From the NCBI GenBank assembly GCA_051294375.1, contig JBJCIZ010000022.1:1-38732 (forward strand): a stretch of DNA of 38,732 nucleotides. Direction: 5' to 3'. Position numbers and translations under genes: made by a program. The notes beneath the pieces were generated by a model that did no database searches, was not told the origin of the DNA, and was given only the letters and a program-made list of their open reading frames with translations. This document shows, piece by piece, positions 24,885 to 34,700 of the stretch. This stretch comes from Paraspadella gotoi (taxonomy: Eukaryota; Animalia; Chaetognatha). The first letter of the stretch is position 1. Each line of letters starts with the position of its first letter.

Positions 24885-27230
24885 TCAATGAGTTTTTGGT
24901 CGTACGCTTCGGGAACCGGCACGTTGGCTCAGGATTTCGGTTCTCGAGTTTGTTGTTGTTGTGATTTTCGCCTTCTCCGCTCGGCGATGGACTTCTCCCA
25001 CGTGGAGGCCTGGTGGAAGGGGAAGGTGGAAACAAAAAGGGAAAGGTTGATGGGGGGCGGGTCGGGGTAGTTGGGGGAAGGCTGGGAGAGTCGGGGAAGA
25101 TGGGGGAGAAGGAGGAGGAGGAGGAGGGAGAGGAGGAGGAGGAGAATCCGCGCGTCGACTTGAGGATCTCGTCTTCCGGGTCGTTGTCGCCGGTTTTCGT
25201 GGTCTGAGGCCCGGTCGGCGGCTTGGACATCTCTCTGGTAGGGGGGGGAAGAGGGGGGCAGGAGGGAGGAGAAGGAGGAGGAGGAGAGGAGAAGAAATTC
25301 GTGCAAGTTGATTTGATACTCGCGTTTTTCGAGTCTTTGGCGCTGATTTTCGAGTCCTGGCGCCAGGCTGACGGCCTGGAACTCTCTCTGGGAGTACTTC
25401 AGGTTCCTCCACCTCCCGCTCGTCGTCGCTGACCCACGCTGGCTTTATCCGCGCAATGTTTACAGTTTTTCGTCCTGCGCTAGGGATGTCGATCGTAACA
25501 TTCAACCCGTTTCTGTGGACGACTTTATATGGGCCTTCGTAGGGGGAAACCAGAGGGGGTTGTACGCTCGGCCGCTTCACGAAAACGTACTTGGCGGATT
25601 CCAGGTTGGATGGGAGATGTACTGCAGGTTGACGGTGAGCGGATGTCGCTGTCGGCTGAAGTCGAGCGACTTCGACTCGAAGTTTGGATAATTTTTTTCG
25701 ACGCTGTTGGTTTAAAGATTCGTCGTCAATCTGTGTGTCGCCGAGTAGACTGCCGGGTACGCTTAACCCTTCTCCAAAGACTAGATCGGCGGCTGAAGCG
25801 CCAATGTCTTCTTTAACCGTTGTCCGGATCGCCAGTAAGGTCATTGGGAGCTTCCAGAACCAACTCTCTCGTTCTTCTTTGGCCAACGCTATTAAGGATT
25901 CCTTTAAACGCCTGTGGAACCTTTCCACTAGGCCGTTGGCTTGCGGATGGTAGGAGGTCGTCGTCTGGTGCTTGATGCCCCAGTGTTTGGTTAACTGGCT
26001 CCATAGTGCTGAGGTGAATTGGCTGCCTTGGTCGGTCGTTATTATGGCCGGCGTTCCAAACGTGCTGATCCATTGGAGGCTCAGAGCGTCGAGGATGGTT
26101 GGCGTCAGCGTATCGGGGATAGGAATTGCTGCGGGCCATCTGGAGAATCGGTCCACGATGGTTAATAGATATGAAAATCCATTTGATCGCGGCATCTTTA
26201 CCAAATCCAAATTGAGATGCTGAAAACGTCGTTGTGGAACTTTAAACTCGCCTATTTCGGGTACGACGTGTTTAGTGATTTTTGCCTTTTGGCAATCTAG
26301 GCAGTCCCGAGCCCATCGCGTTACGTCCTGTCTCATGTTGGTCCAAACGAATTTGGCCGAGACTGCCTTCCTTGTCGCATCGACTCCAGGATGTCCGAGT
26401 CCATGAATCACCTTGAAAATCTTCTGTCGCCAAGATGCAGGAACGAATGGTCTCGCTGGACCATTCGAAATGTGGAGTTCTGGGAGCCTACTTGGAATTT
26501 TACGGAATGTAAGGCCGGATCTGGCCTCCGAGATCCTTTGGAATTCATGGTCGAGTTTTTGCTCCCGCGCCATCTGTTCGAAATCGATTTCGAAATCGGT
26601 CATTGACGCGATGACAGCGTTGACGTCCTCGAGGCGTTGGGGCTTGATGTTTTGATCAAGTTGCTCGTCGACATGTTGCTCTTTGGCCGTAGATGACTCT
26701 GCTTGTTCTTTCGGCTGAGCTTCTTTGTCGCTTTGGGCGATTTCCTTCTGAGTTGCGGTTGTCGATGTCGACGTTGATAGATTGTTTGGCCGGGAGAGGG
26801 CGTCGGCCACAACATTTGCTTTGCCTTTAAGGTAGCGTACATCTGTTGTAAATTCAGCTATGACTGAGAGCTGGTACGACTGTCGTACTGTTTGAAGCTC
26901 CGTTTTCTTGCGAATTGCCGCTACTAAGCTCTGGTGGTCCGTATAGATTGTGAAGGCTCTGCCTTCAATCCAATGACGAAAATGGCGCACTGCCCTGAAA
27001 GCTCCATAGAGCTCGCGGTCAAAGGGCGGCCATAATTTTTGGTTTTTCGCCAATTTGGCCGAAAAAAAGGCCAGCGGCTCCCATCCTTTGGGTCCTCGCT
27101 GCTCGAGGACTGCGCCTACGGCGTGATCGGATGCGTCGGTGGTTACGCAAAGTTGGGCGCCGGTACGCGGGTGATGGAGAAGCGCCGCTGAGATCAGGCC
27201 TTCCTTAATGGCCTCAAAAGCCTTCTCCAC
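24885..27230 (-). CDS. pol: pol 3' part: RNase H, integrase and a low-complexity tail
   Basis: TDASDHAVGAVL, DRELYG, YTDHQSL, NVVADALSR; HGLGH...CLDC; LDLV / TDQGSQF / VERFHR; YEGPY. Confidence 0.93.
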   Translation of the reverse strand: MEKAFEAIKEGLISAALLHHPRTGAQLCVTTDASDHAVGAVLEQRGPKGWEPLAFFSAKLAKNQKLWPPFDRELYGAFRAVRHFRHWIEGRAFTIYTDHQSLVAAIRKKTELQTVRQSYQLSVIAEFTTDVRYLKGKANVVADALSRPNNLSTSTSTTATQKEIAQSDKEAQPKEQAESSTAKEQHVDEQLDQNIKPQRLEDVNAVIASMTDFEIDFEQMAREQKLDHEFQRISEARSGLTFRKIPSRLPELHISNGPARPFVPASWRQKIFKVIHGLGHPGVDATRKAVSAKFVWTNMRQDVTRWARDCLDCQKAKITKHVVPEIGEFKVPQRRFQHLNLDLVKMPRSNGFSYLLTIVDRFSRWPAAIPIPDTLTPTILDALSLQWISTFGTPAIITTDQGSQFTSALWSQLTKHWGIKHQTTTSYHPQANGLVERFHRRLKESLIALAKEERESWFWKLPMTLLAIRTTVKEDIGASAADLVFGEGLSVPGSLLGDTQIDDESLNQQRRKKLSKLRVEVARLQPTATSAHRQPAVHLPSNLESAKYVFVKRPSVQPPLVSPYEGPYKVVHRNGLNVTIDIPSAGRKTVNIARIKPAWVSDDEREVEEPEVLPERVPGRQPGARTRKSAPKTRKTRVSNQLARISSPLLLLLLLPPAPLFPPLPERCPSRRPGLRPRKPATTTRKTRSSSRRADSPPPPLPPPPPPSPPSSPTLPAFPQLPRPAPHQPFPFCFHLPLPPGLHVGEVHRRAEKAKITTTTNSRTEILSQRAGSRSVRPKTH

Positions 27231-27271
27231 AATCCCTCGTCAGTTTCCAAACGTCTTGGGCTTTTCCGAGC

Positions 27272-27688
27272 TCAAGCTTCGTAAAGGGCAGCACAGCGAT
27301 GGGCGACTCTTGGTATGAACCTACGGTAGTAGTTTATCATACCAAGAAATCGCTGGAGCTCCTTGATGGAGGTGGGTCGGGTGGTTTCGCGGAGAGTCTG
27401 GACTCGCTCGGGGAGCGGACGGACGCCGTTTTTATCAACCAAAAAACCGAGAAATTCGAGCGATTCCTGGCCGAGGAGACACTTCTTGGTATTAACCACG
27501 AGGCCGTTCTCGTCCAAGGTTCTGAAAACGCGTTCGAGGTCCTGCATATGTTCCTCTGGTGACGATGATGCCACTAGTATATCATCCAGATATACAAACG
27601 TGTGTGGCACGTCACCCAGGATTTCGTCCATTAGACGCTGGAAATCCTGCCCCGCGTTTTTGAGTCCAAAAGGACAGCGGGGAAACAC
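27272..27688 (-). CDS. pol: pol middle part: RT core (frameshifted fragment)
   Basis: PFGLKNA, FVYLDDILV, LEFLGF, LQRFLGMINYYRRFIP. Confidence 0.93.
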   Translation of the reverse strand: MFPRCPFGLKNAGQDFQRLMDEILGDVPHTFVYLDDILVASSSPEEHMQDLERVFRTLDENGLVVNTKKCLLGQESLEFLGFLVDKNGVRPLPERVQTLRETTRPTSIKELQRFLGMINYYRRFIPRVAHRCAALYEA

Positions 27689-27705
27689 ATAGAGTCCAAA
27701 AGGCG

Positions 27706-28605
27706 TTATGACCGCTGTTTTTTTATGTCCTCGGGGTTCACGGGGATCTGGTGATACCCCTTCAGCAGATCAATCTTGGAGAAGATGTTTTTGCCTTCTA
27801 GCTGAGAGTTAAAGTCCGTGAGCAATTTTACCGGGTATCGGTCGTCGATGGTCTGGGCGTTTAGGCGCCGATAATCGCCGCAACAGCGCCACCCGCCGTC
27901 TGGCTTGGCGACGACGTGGAGAGGAGATGACCACTCCGATTTGCCGCGTTTGGCGATGCCGAGAGAGACCATGCGCTCCAATTCTCTTTTTGCTACGGCC
28001 AGCTTCTCCGGGTCCAATCGTCGTGCTCGGGACTGACATGGATGTCCTTCCGTTGGGATCGAATGTGTGACTCCATGTTTTGGATTCTTGAGTTCAAATG
28101 TAGGTGTAGACAATGAGGGGAAGGACTCAAGTAGCTTGTAAAATTTCTCCCCTTTACGGTCGACGAAATTCACGTGGGAGGTGGGCTCCTTCGACGTTGA
28201 CGCCGCGATGGTCGAATAGTCTTGTAGGTCTAGAAGAAGTCCGTCCCGATGATTTGGTGCCAGATAATTTTCGGCCAGAAAGTCAGCGCCTAAGATGTTT
28301 TGCTTAACATCCGCTACTACGAATTGATATTCGAATTTCCTATTGCCAAGTTGAACAGTTCTAACCGTCGTCCCAAAACAGTCGATTGCGGATCCGTTGG
28401 CAGCTTGAAGCTTCATCATAGGTTCCGGGCCTCGACTTCTTTGTTGATGAGTAGGGGGGACGATCGATAAGAGTGCACCACCGTCGACGAGCCACTTGGT
28501 TCGGTCCCCGGCGTCCCGAATGAATAGTAAATCGTTGGAGGCCGGTGATTTAGTTGACTCCTGGGGGACGGCGTTCACCTGCGGCGCCCCCCTATCGCGT
28601 TTCCC
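27706..28605 (-). CDS. pol: pol 5' part: aspartic protease and RT N-terminus
   Basis: LVDGGALLS (DTG variant), ILGADFL, WSSPLHVV.KPDGGWRCCGDYRRLN, FSKIDLLKGYHQIP. Confidence 0.92.
   Translation of the reverse strand, partial: GKRDRGAPQVNAVPQESTKSPASNDLLFIRDAGDRTKWLVDGGALLSIVPPTHQQRSRGPEPMMKLQAANGSAIDCFGTTVRTVQLGNRKFEYQFVVADVKQNILGADFLAENYLAPNHRDGLLLDLQDYSTIAASTSKEPTSHVNFVDRKGEKFYKLLESFPSLSTPTFELKNPKHGVTHSIPTEGHPCQSRARRLDPEKLAVAKRELERMVSLGIAKRGKSEWSSPLHVVAKPDGGWRCCGDYRRLNAQTIDDRYPVKLLTDFNSQLEGKNIFSKIDLLKGYHQIPVNPEDIKKQRS
28599..28605 (-). promoter_or_regulatory. Putative -1 ribosomal frameshift heptamer GGGAAAC with downstream stem-loop
   Basis: G GGA AAC at the gag/pol junction, a ~6-nt spacer, then GGGGGGCG...CGCCGTCCCCC able to pair. 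Confidence 0.7.
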
Positions 28606-29658
28606 TCATGCTTCATTTTGCATGCCTTGGTCGCAAGACCATGCCTCATCGCCAAACTTTGCATGCTTGGCGCAGAGCGTCAGGAGCTTGGGCTTGCTCT
28701 TGCCCTTCTGATTTGATTGTTGGCGGCGCTTGTTGTTCGCTGGTCGGCGCGAGCGTTTGTCGACGAAATTGACGACGTCGTCCTCTTCCGACTCTGAGTC
28801 GTCGTGGTCCAGTTGTTGACGATCCACGTTACTGACCAAAGAGGATGTCTGGCGAATTTTCAATTTGCCCTCGTTGTCGTAGTGTCGGTCGGCTAATCTA
28901 CAAAGTTCGCTCGCGGTAAGATCGTCAGCCTTTTCTTCAAGTTGGCGGCGAATTTCTAGTGGCAATTCCCTTAGGATCTTCTCCTTCCTGACGTCGTCGA
29001 GAGTGAGGTTCTTGGTTTTTTCCTCGAGGTGAGCCAGGATCTTCGAGGGCTTCATTGAGTCGGCGTCCAGGGCGTCCAGCATGTGGGCCGCCTGTTGGCG
29101 CCGGGTGAGGCCATATTCCTGTCTCAGATATTCAACGAATTGGATCCAATTTGCCTCGGTTGTTTCGCCAAACAGGTATTGATTGATTTTGGGATCAACG
29201 TTCACACCTATCTTCGACTCTAGGTGGGCAAATTTGCTCTTAGGGTTGACGATACCAGCTCTGGTGTATGCCGCTTCAATTCTTTTTATCCAAATTTCAA
29301 TATTGGATGGGTCAAAGTCGGGAAGGTCCGGCTTTCGGTTCGTAGCTCTCTCTAAAGCGCGAGTTGCGGCGGCGAGGGCGGCGCGGAGGTCGTCATTTTC
29401 GTCTCGCAACTCTTGAGAAGCGGCGCCGGCGGTTAGTTGGTCGGTCGCCATGTCGGCGTCTTGGAATTCGGCGGCGCCGTTCGTCGGGAATGCAAAGTTA
29501 TTTGTGGCGTTGGTGAAAGTCGGTGAGATTGAACGGGATCGCTGTCCTCGTCCAAATCCAAAGGGGACTTGAAGACGCACTGCTTCGTTGTGGCGATCTT
29601 CCGCTTCGGCGTCGCGTTGGGCCGATCGGAGACGTGAGCGGAGATCCGAACCGTTCAT
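28606..29658 (-). CDS. gag: gag of element B
   Basis: 350-aa ORF just upstream of the protease; LPDFDPSNIEIWIKRIEA capsid-like motif; C-terminal CAKHAKFGDEAWSC knuckle. Confidence 0.85.
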   Translation of the reverse strand: MNGSDLRSRLRSAQRDAEAEDRHNEAVRLQVPFGFGRGQRSRSISPTFTNATNNFAFPTNGAAEFQDADMATDQLTAGAASQELRDENDDLRAALAAATRALERATNRKPDLPDFDPSNIEIWIKRIEAAYTRAGIVNPKSKFAHLESKIGVNVDPKINQYLFGETTEANWIQFVEYLRQEYGLTRRQQAAHMLDALDADSMKPSKILAHLEEKTKNLTLDDVRKEKILRELPLEIRRQLEEKADDLTASELCRLADRHYDNEGKLKIRQTSSLVSNVDRQQLDHDDSESEEDDVVNFVDKRSRRPANNKRRQQSNQKGKSKPKLLTLCAKHAKFGDEAWSCDQGMQNEA

Positions 29659-29847
29659 GAATGATTTTCTTTGGCTCCGTCAGGTTTTGTTGGGAAATGG
29701 GAGAAAAAGGGAGAGAGGGAGTGTGAGTCGATTGGGTGGCAACTCATCAAATTTCCCGGTCTCACCCAATCTTACCTAAGAAAAGGTGGTGATCCACTTC
29801 TTTCTCCACTTCCGACGTTGGATTCGTCCGTTGTCGGGCGCACCATG

Positions 29848-30003
29848 TGTGGCAAGCTCTGAGAGTTGAGCCACAGCTTGACGGATGGGCGTTGTCACAA
29901 AGAGACTGGTTCTCAAAGAGTTCAAGTTAATAGATATGCAGGGAAAGCAGGAACTCCTTGGCTTAAAGTGTTTTTAAGGCATAGATACATGTAACTTGCT
30001 ACA
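29848..30003 (-). mobile_element. 156-bp LTR-like segment with inverted termini, followed by a PBS-like sequence
   Basis: Minus strand starts TGTAGCAAG and ends CTTGCCACA (8/9 inverted match), then CA and TGGTGCGCCCGACAACGGAC. Confidence 0.55.
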
Positions 30004-30084
30004 TTAAGAAGAGTGAATAAAAACATTTGTCCTTGTTTCCAGATTGAATCTTATGTATTTAAGATTCAGGCGCGAAAAACAAGA

Positions 30085-30442
30085 CTGAAAAATTCTTAAA
30101 AGTAAAACAATTTTTGGATCACAAAGAATTATATGAAAAATCTTTAAAAGCAATAAGGAATCGAAGCGCTTTCGATTGTAACCAAATATTGATCGATGAT
30201 AACACAAAATATGATGCGATGATAACAAGATATTGACGCGATGATAACCAAAATAGACGATGATAAAAAATGACTGATGTGATGATAATCAAATGATTGA
30301 TGCGATGATAGTCATTTAATTGATATGATGATAATCATTCATTGATACGATGATAGTCATTCATTGATGCGATGATAGTAATTCCATTGACGCGATAAAT
30401 CATTCATCGTAAATAAAACAAACAAATGCGTGTATGAGTGAA

Positions 30443-30475
<33 letters not shown>

Positions 30476-31052
30476 GCTGGACAGTTTTCCTCCAACGAAA
30501 CGCATTATTCAGGTCTCTCTCGTTTAAATAAGAATATCAGAATTTTTAGGAAAAAAATACACGAAAATCTCGGATGTAATTTGGGATTTTGTAATTGAGA
30601 AAAAGCGCGGAATAAATGGCATAAAAGTTTTTAGAAAGAAAAAAAAGAGAAAAGAGAGAGGAGAGAGAGAGATACAGAGAGAGATAGAGAGAGAGAGAGG
30701 GAGAGAGAGAAGAAAAGAGAGAGAGAGGAAAAAGAAGCCATATAAGAAATTTTTTGTACATTGAAAAATTATAATCCCTATTAACAAATATATAGTTGAA
30801 AATACTCAGTTAACGACTATGATATTTTTGACTTCCAAATAATAATAATAATATTGCGTTATCGCGTATTAGGTCATGTTCCTTGACATTGTTTACTCGT
30901 TGCCTCGCAACGGCCACAATCCAGGTAAAAGAGAAAAAAGCGGGCGGAATAAATGGCAATATTAAAAGTTTTTTTAGAAGGAAAAAAATAATCAGAATTT
31001 TTTCAAAAAACGAACGATCACGCAAGAGATCGTAAAGAGAGAAAGAGACAGA

Positions 31053-31086
<34 letters not shown>

Positions 31087-31090
31087 ATTT
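30085..31090. repeat. Second block of the modular repeat, including the 22-bp minisatellite (30176-30400)
   Basis: Same modules as 22.0-24.5 kb: aaaagcaata leader, 22-mer array, blocks at ~30563, 30778-30840, 30870-30925 and 31012. Confidence 0.8.
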
Positions 31091-31225
31091 GAATTTGAAT
31101 TTGAAAAACAAAAGTGCGAGCTTTAGGTTGTACTTTAAACAGCCAGCCCTAAAAAAGCTACCTATCTTATGATTTGTAAGTATTAATAGTTTTTTGAGTT
31201 TATTAATGAGTTTTTTGAGTAATTC

Positions 31226-31567
31226 TTAAGTAAGAAGACAGGGATTTCAGCATGAAACCAAAGTGGAATTTATTTGTAGAAAAACAGATATGAAGACGGT
31301 GTCAATATTTGGACAGAATGAATCAAAGCAGAAACAGAGGCTATTTATAATGGGCAAGTAGACGAAGCCAGATTCCTCTTCCGGAATCCTCCTCTTCCTC
31401 TTCTGGAACCTTCTTTTCCTCTTCCGGAACTATTGTTCCTTTACTGGATTTGGCTTCCAAATCCCGTTCGAAATCATTCCAGAATCTTCTTCCTCTTCCG
31501 GATCGTCTTCCTTAATCCTTTCCTCTGTTTCCGGGTTCATTCATCTGTGATGCGTCCCCCCTCCTCT
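31226..31567 (-). mobile_element. PPT and putative 3' LTR of Gypsy element C
   Basis: PPT AGAGGAGGGGGGA at 31567-31555, TATAAATA at 31349-31342, AATAAA at 31274-31269. Homologous to 514-888. Confidence 0.75.
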
Positions 31568-31778
31568 GGCGACGACGCACGTGGTCAGTCGGTAGTCGGA
31601 GCTTGGGTAGGGATGAGATTTTAGTTTTGAAATTTTCTTCTCTTTTTTCTTTGAGAGAGAGATTGTCTTCACGAGTGGGACGATTTTCTGATAGGATAAT
31701 TTTTGATCTTTTTACGTCTGGTTGCTGTATCTATCTACCATTGGTTATTTCATTGTGTTGACGGTTCTGTTTCGTTTT

Positions 31779-34700
31779 TTATTTCTCTGCTGCGTGAAGC
31801 TTGAGCCGTCGTCTATGGTATCTCAGGTTCTGGCCGGCAATCGAAGACGCATAGTGATTCCCATCTCGTTGTACAACTTGTGCTCGTTGTACGACTTTGT
31901 GCGGGCCAGAGTAAATCCGTTTGACTTTGTTCTCAGTCGTTGAGGTTCCGGCCATGATGAGGTCACGTCGGGTGAGGACGAGGTCCCCGACCTTGATGTT
32001 GGTTGGTCGCCTGTAAGGGTTTCCCCTTGACGATTGTTTATACAGCTTGGTTCTTTGGTTGGCCAGTCTTGTTTGAGCTTGTTCTTGTTTGTTAGCTCTT
32101 TTTCGAATGAAGTCAACGAGATTTCTCTTGGTGAAGTCATCCGCAGCTTCAACAATTCTTGGTCTATGTCCAAATTGAATCTCGTGTGGCGACATCTCCG
32201 TTTTCCATCCGATGATTGGAGTGGCGTTTAGGAGTAGCATAAGGTGGGGGAGCTGTTCCAGCCATTTTCTTGGTTGGTCTTCTACAGCTTTGCGGAGGGC
32301 TTGGNNNNNNNNNNCGATATCTCTCTCGGCTCTATTACTATTTTTTCTTCCAACCAAGACTCTCCTTCCCACAGTATCGAGGAGATCGAGGATGGAGTTC
32401 ATCGCCTTTCCATTCAGTTGGGTTGCGCCATCAAAATTGACTTCCATGTAAGATCCATGTTGGAGAAAGATGTTTTCATCCAAGGCTTTTACTATCGTTT
32501 CTGCATCTGCTCGGCGTAATGGGATGGCCCATGTGTACGCGGACGCATTATCTGATGCAACAAGGACATAATTGAAGCCGGCGACTGAGGGAAGATGCAT
32601 TACATCAATGCTTAGTGATTCCCAGGGAGTGATGGCTAGGTTGGGAGCGGATGGCGTTTCGTTGTTTTTTTGTGTGTCTGTGGCTTTTGCACAATTGTTG
32701 CAATTTCTGACACATTTTGCCGCTGCAGTTGTCAATCCTGGTGCTGTGATGTATTGTGCCGCTATGAATGCTGTGCGGTCGCGTCCTGGGTGTCCGTAGT
32801 GTTGATGTAATTGATTCACTATCTCCTCAGCTTTTTCGGGAGGGATGACGAATTTGGTTGTTGGGTTTTCAGCCTTGTAACCTTCGAGTATAAGAATTCC
32901 ATTCTCGGACACGTTGAGGTCGGTGAGGATGTTGGTGAGGTACCTCTCAGTCAGAGTTTTTCTTTTTTGCATTTTTTCATTTAGAACTTTTTCTGCTGCT
33001 TGCCGGTCATTTTGTTGTAAGGCGTTTATGACGGTTTTAAATAGTTCATTTCCTTGTTGCCATTCCTTTACTTGCCTCGCCATGGGCATTAATTTGGCTT
33101 CTCTTGTGAGGGGTTTTGCTGCCTCCTCTGCCACCTCTGATTCTGAGGTGTCGATGTCTGCTTCGAGGGTGCTGTCAATCATCAGTTCTTTGTCTGCACC
33201 AGGCCAATTTGATTGGATCGTCTCCACTGAGGTATGCTTAGTCGGCGAGGGTGGCGGCGGTGGCGCTTCTGGAGTTGGTGATGCGTTTGGCATCTCTATG
33301 CAGACCAGGTCTTTTGGTAGGGTTTCCCAGTGATGGCTGGTAGCCTTCTGTTTCCTGGGCCGTCCCCTACGTTCTGGTTGTCTGAGGTTTGCCACGTTGA
33401 TTGTCTGGATTGGATGATGAGTTGCTGGGCGGAGTGGTTGCTTTGGTTTTACATCACTGACGAGACTGACCTGGCCTGTGATTGTTCTGAAAATTTTTAT
33501 TTGCCTGTCATGGTCGGCTAGTCCATAACTTCTTTCGAATTTGCAGCCAGCCTCGCGTGCTGAGTCCTCCTCCATCATGATGATTGTTATGCCTATCATC
33601 TCGCTCAGCATCTCCAGTTCGGGATGACCAAGACTCCAGTCTTTTGCGGATATTGTCCTGATGAAGGTGTCCGCGTCTTTTGTTTTTGGTCTACCGTATA
33701 GTTTTTCAACGTTGGTTTTGATCGATGCGAATCTTTGTCGTACGAATTCAAAGAATTTTGTCCTAAATAATTTGGTCTCTTCCTCCAGCGTCTGTGCTAT
33801 CAGCGCCAAGGTGGGCGCATGTCCTGTTACCAAATCCAGATGCTGCGGTGTTTCATGGTCTTGGACAGGGTTTTCAGCAAAGCCTGGCTCATATTCGCCG
33901 TCAATGTCAAAACCCGCCGGAAAAAACGGGGTGTCTAAGGGCGTGACCTGACCCTGTTCGGTAAAGCGTGTTAGGAAATCGGCAGGATTATCCTCACTCT
34001 TCACTAGTACGACTTCCTTTGGCTGGCATTCTTGTCGGATTTCTGTAACCCATCTGAGGACGTTTGTTGGTAGCATTTGTTGTCGGTCGTGTTGGAGATC
34101 CATCACCCTTTTAAAGTACTGAGAATNNNNNNNNNNNGTTACTCTCCTGCCGCACGTGTAGCCTTTAAACTTGCGAACCATCATATTAAAGGCAAGGGTT
34201 TCGAGGACGTTGATATGTTTTATCCTATATTCCTCAGGGAAGGATTTGGAGTGAAAGGACAGTGGGTATTCGACGCCATCAGCTGTGGCTGTGATCAAGC
34301 CACCCATCGCGCTTGTGCTGGCGTCTGCGTATATCCTGTAAGCTCCATTTCTGATTCTGGCATCATTCAGGAAATTTAACCCTGGGCATGCTTTGATCTC
34401 ATTGACGAGGGTTTGGATCATCTCGATGTGTTTTTCAGAGAGTTTGAAGTCTTTCTTGTCTAATAAGGTAAGGGCGTGGAGGGGTTGGGCAATGTATGAG
34501 AATCGATGCGTAAAGCATCTGTAGTAATTTAGTGAGGCTAACATGGCCCTTAGCTCCTTCTGCGTTTTGAGGGTTTTGAGCTTCAGCTCGACTGCTTGTA
34601 GTTTCTCCTTCTGTGGGAGGAGTCTGCCCTTGGAGATGCTGAAGCCTAAGATCTTGATGTCTTCCTTTCTCAGGAGGACGCTCTTGGTCCATTTGAGGAC

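Larger units (their letters stand above)
24492..30003 (-). mobile_element. Ty3/Gypsy LTR retrotransposon (element B), near full length; most of the 3' LTR is lost in an N gap
   Basis: gag-PR-RT-RH-INT order. Polypurine tract AAGGGGGGA at 24515-24507. Candidate 5' LTR and PBS at 29827-30003. Confidence 0.9.

Noticed and set aside
24772-25306. env-like or extra ORF after the integrase of element B
   Set aside because: Low-complexity Pro/Ser alternative frames of the pol tail, with no convincing signal peptide or fusion-protein pattern.
31865-31900. 18-bp duplication giving VVQRAQVVQR in the integrase tail
   Set aside because: Visible in the sequence and absent from copy A, but most likely a private in-frame microduplication or assembly slip.
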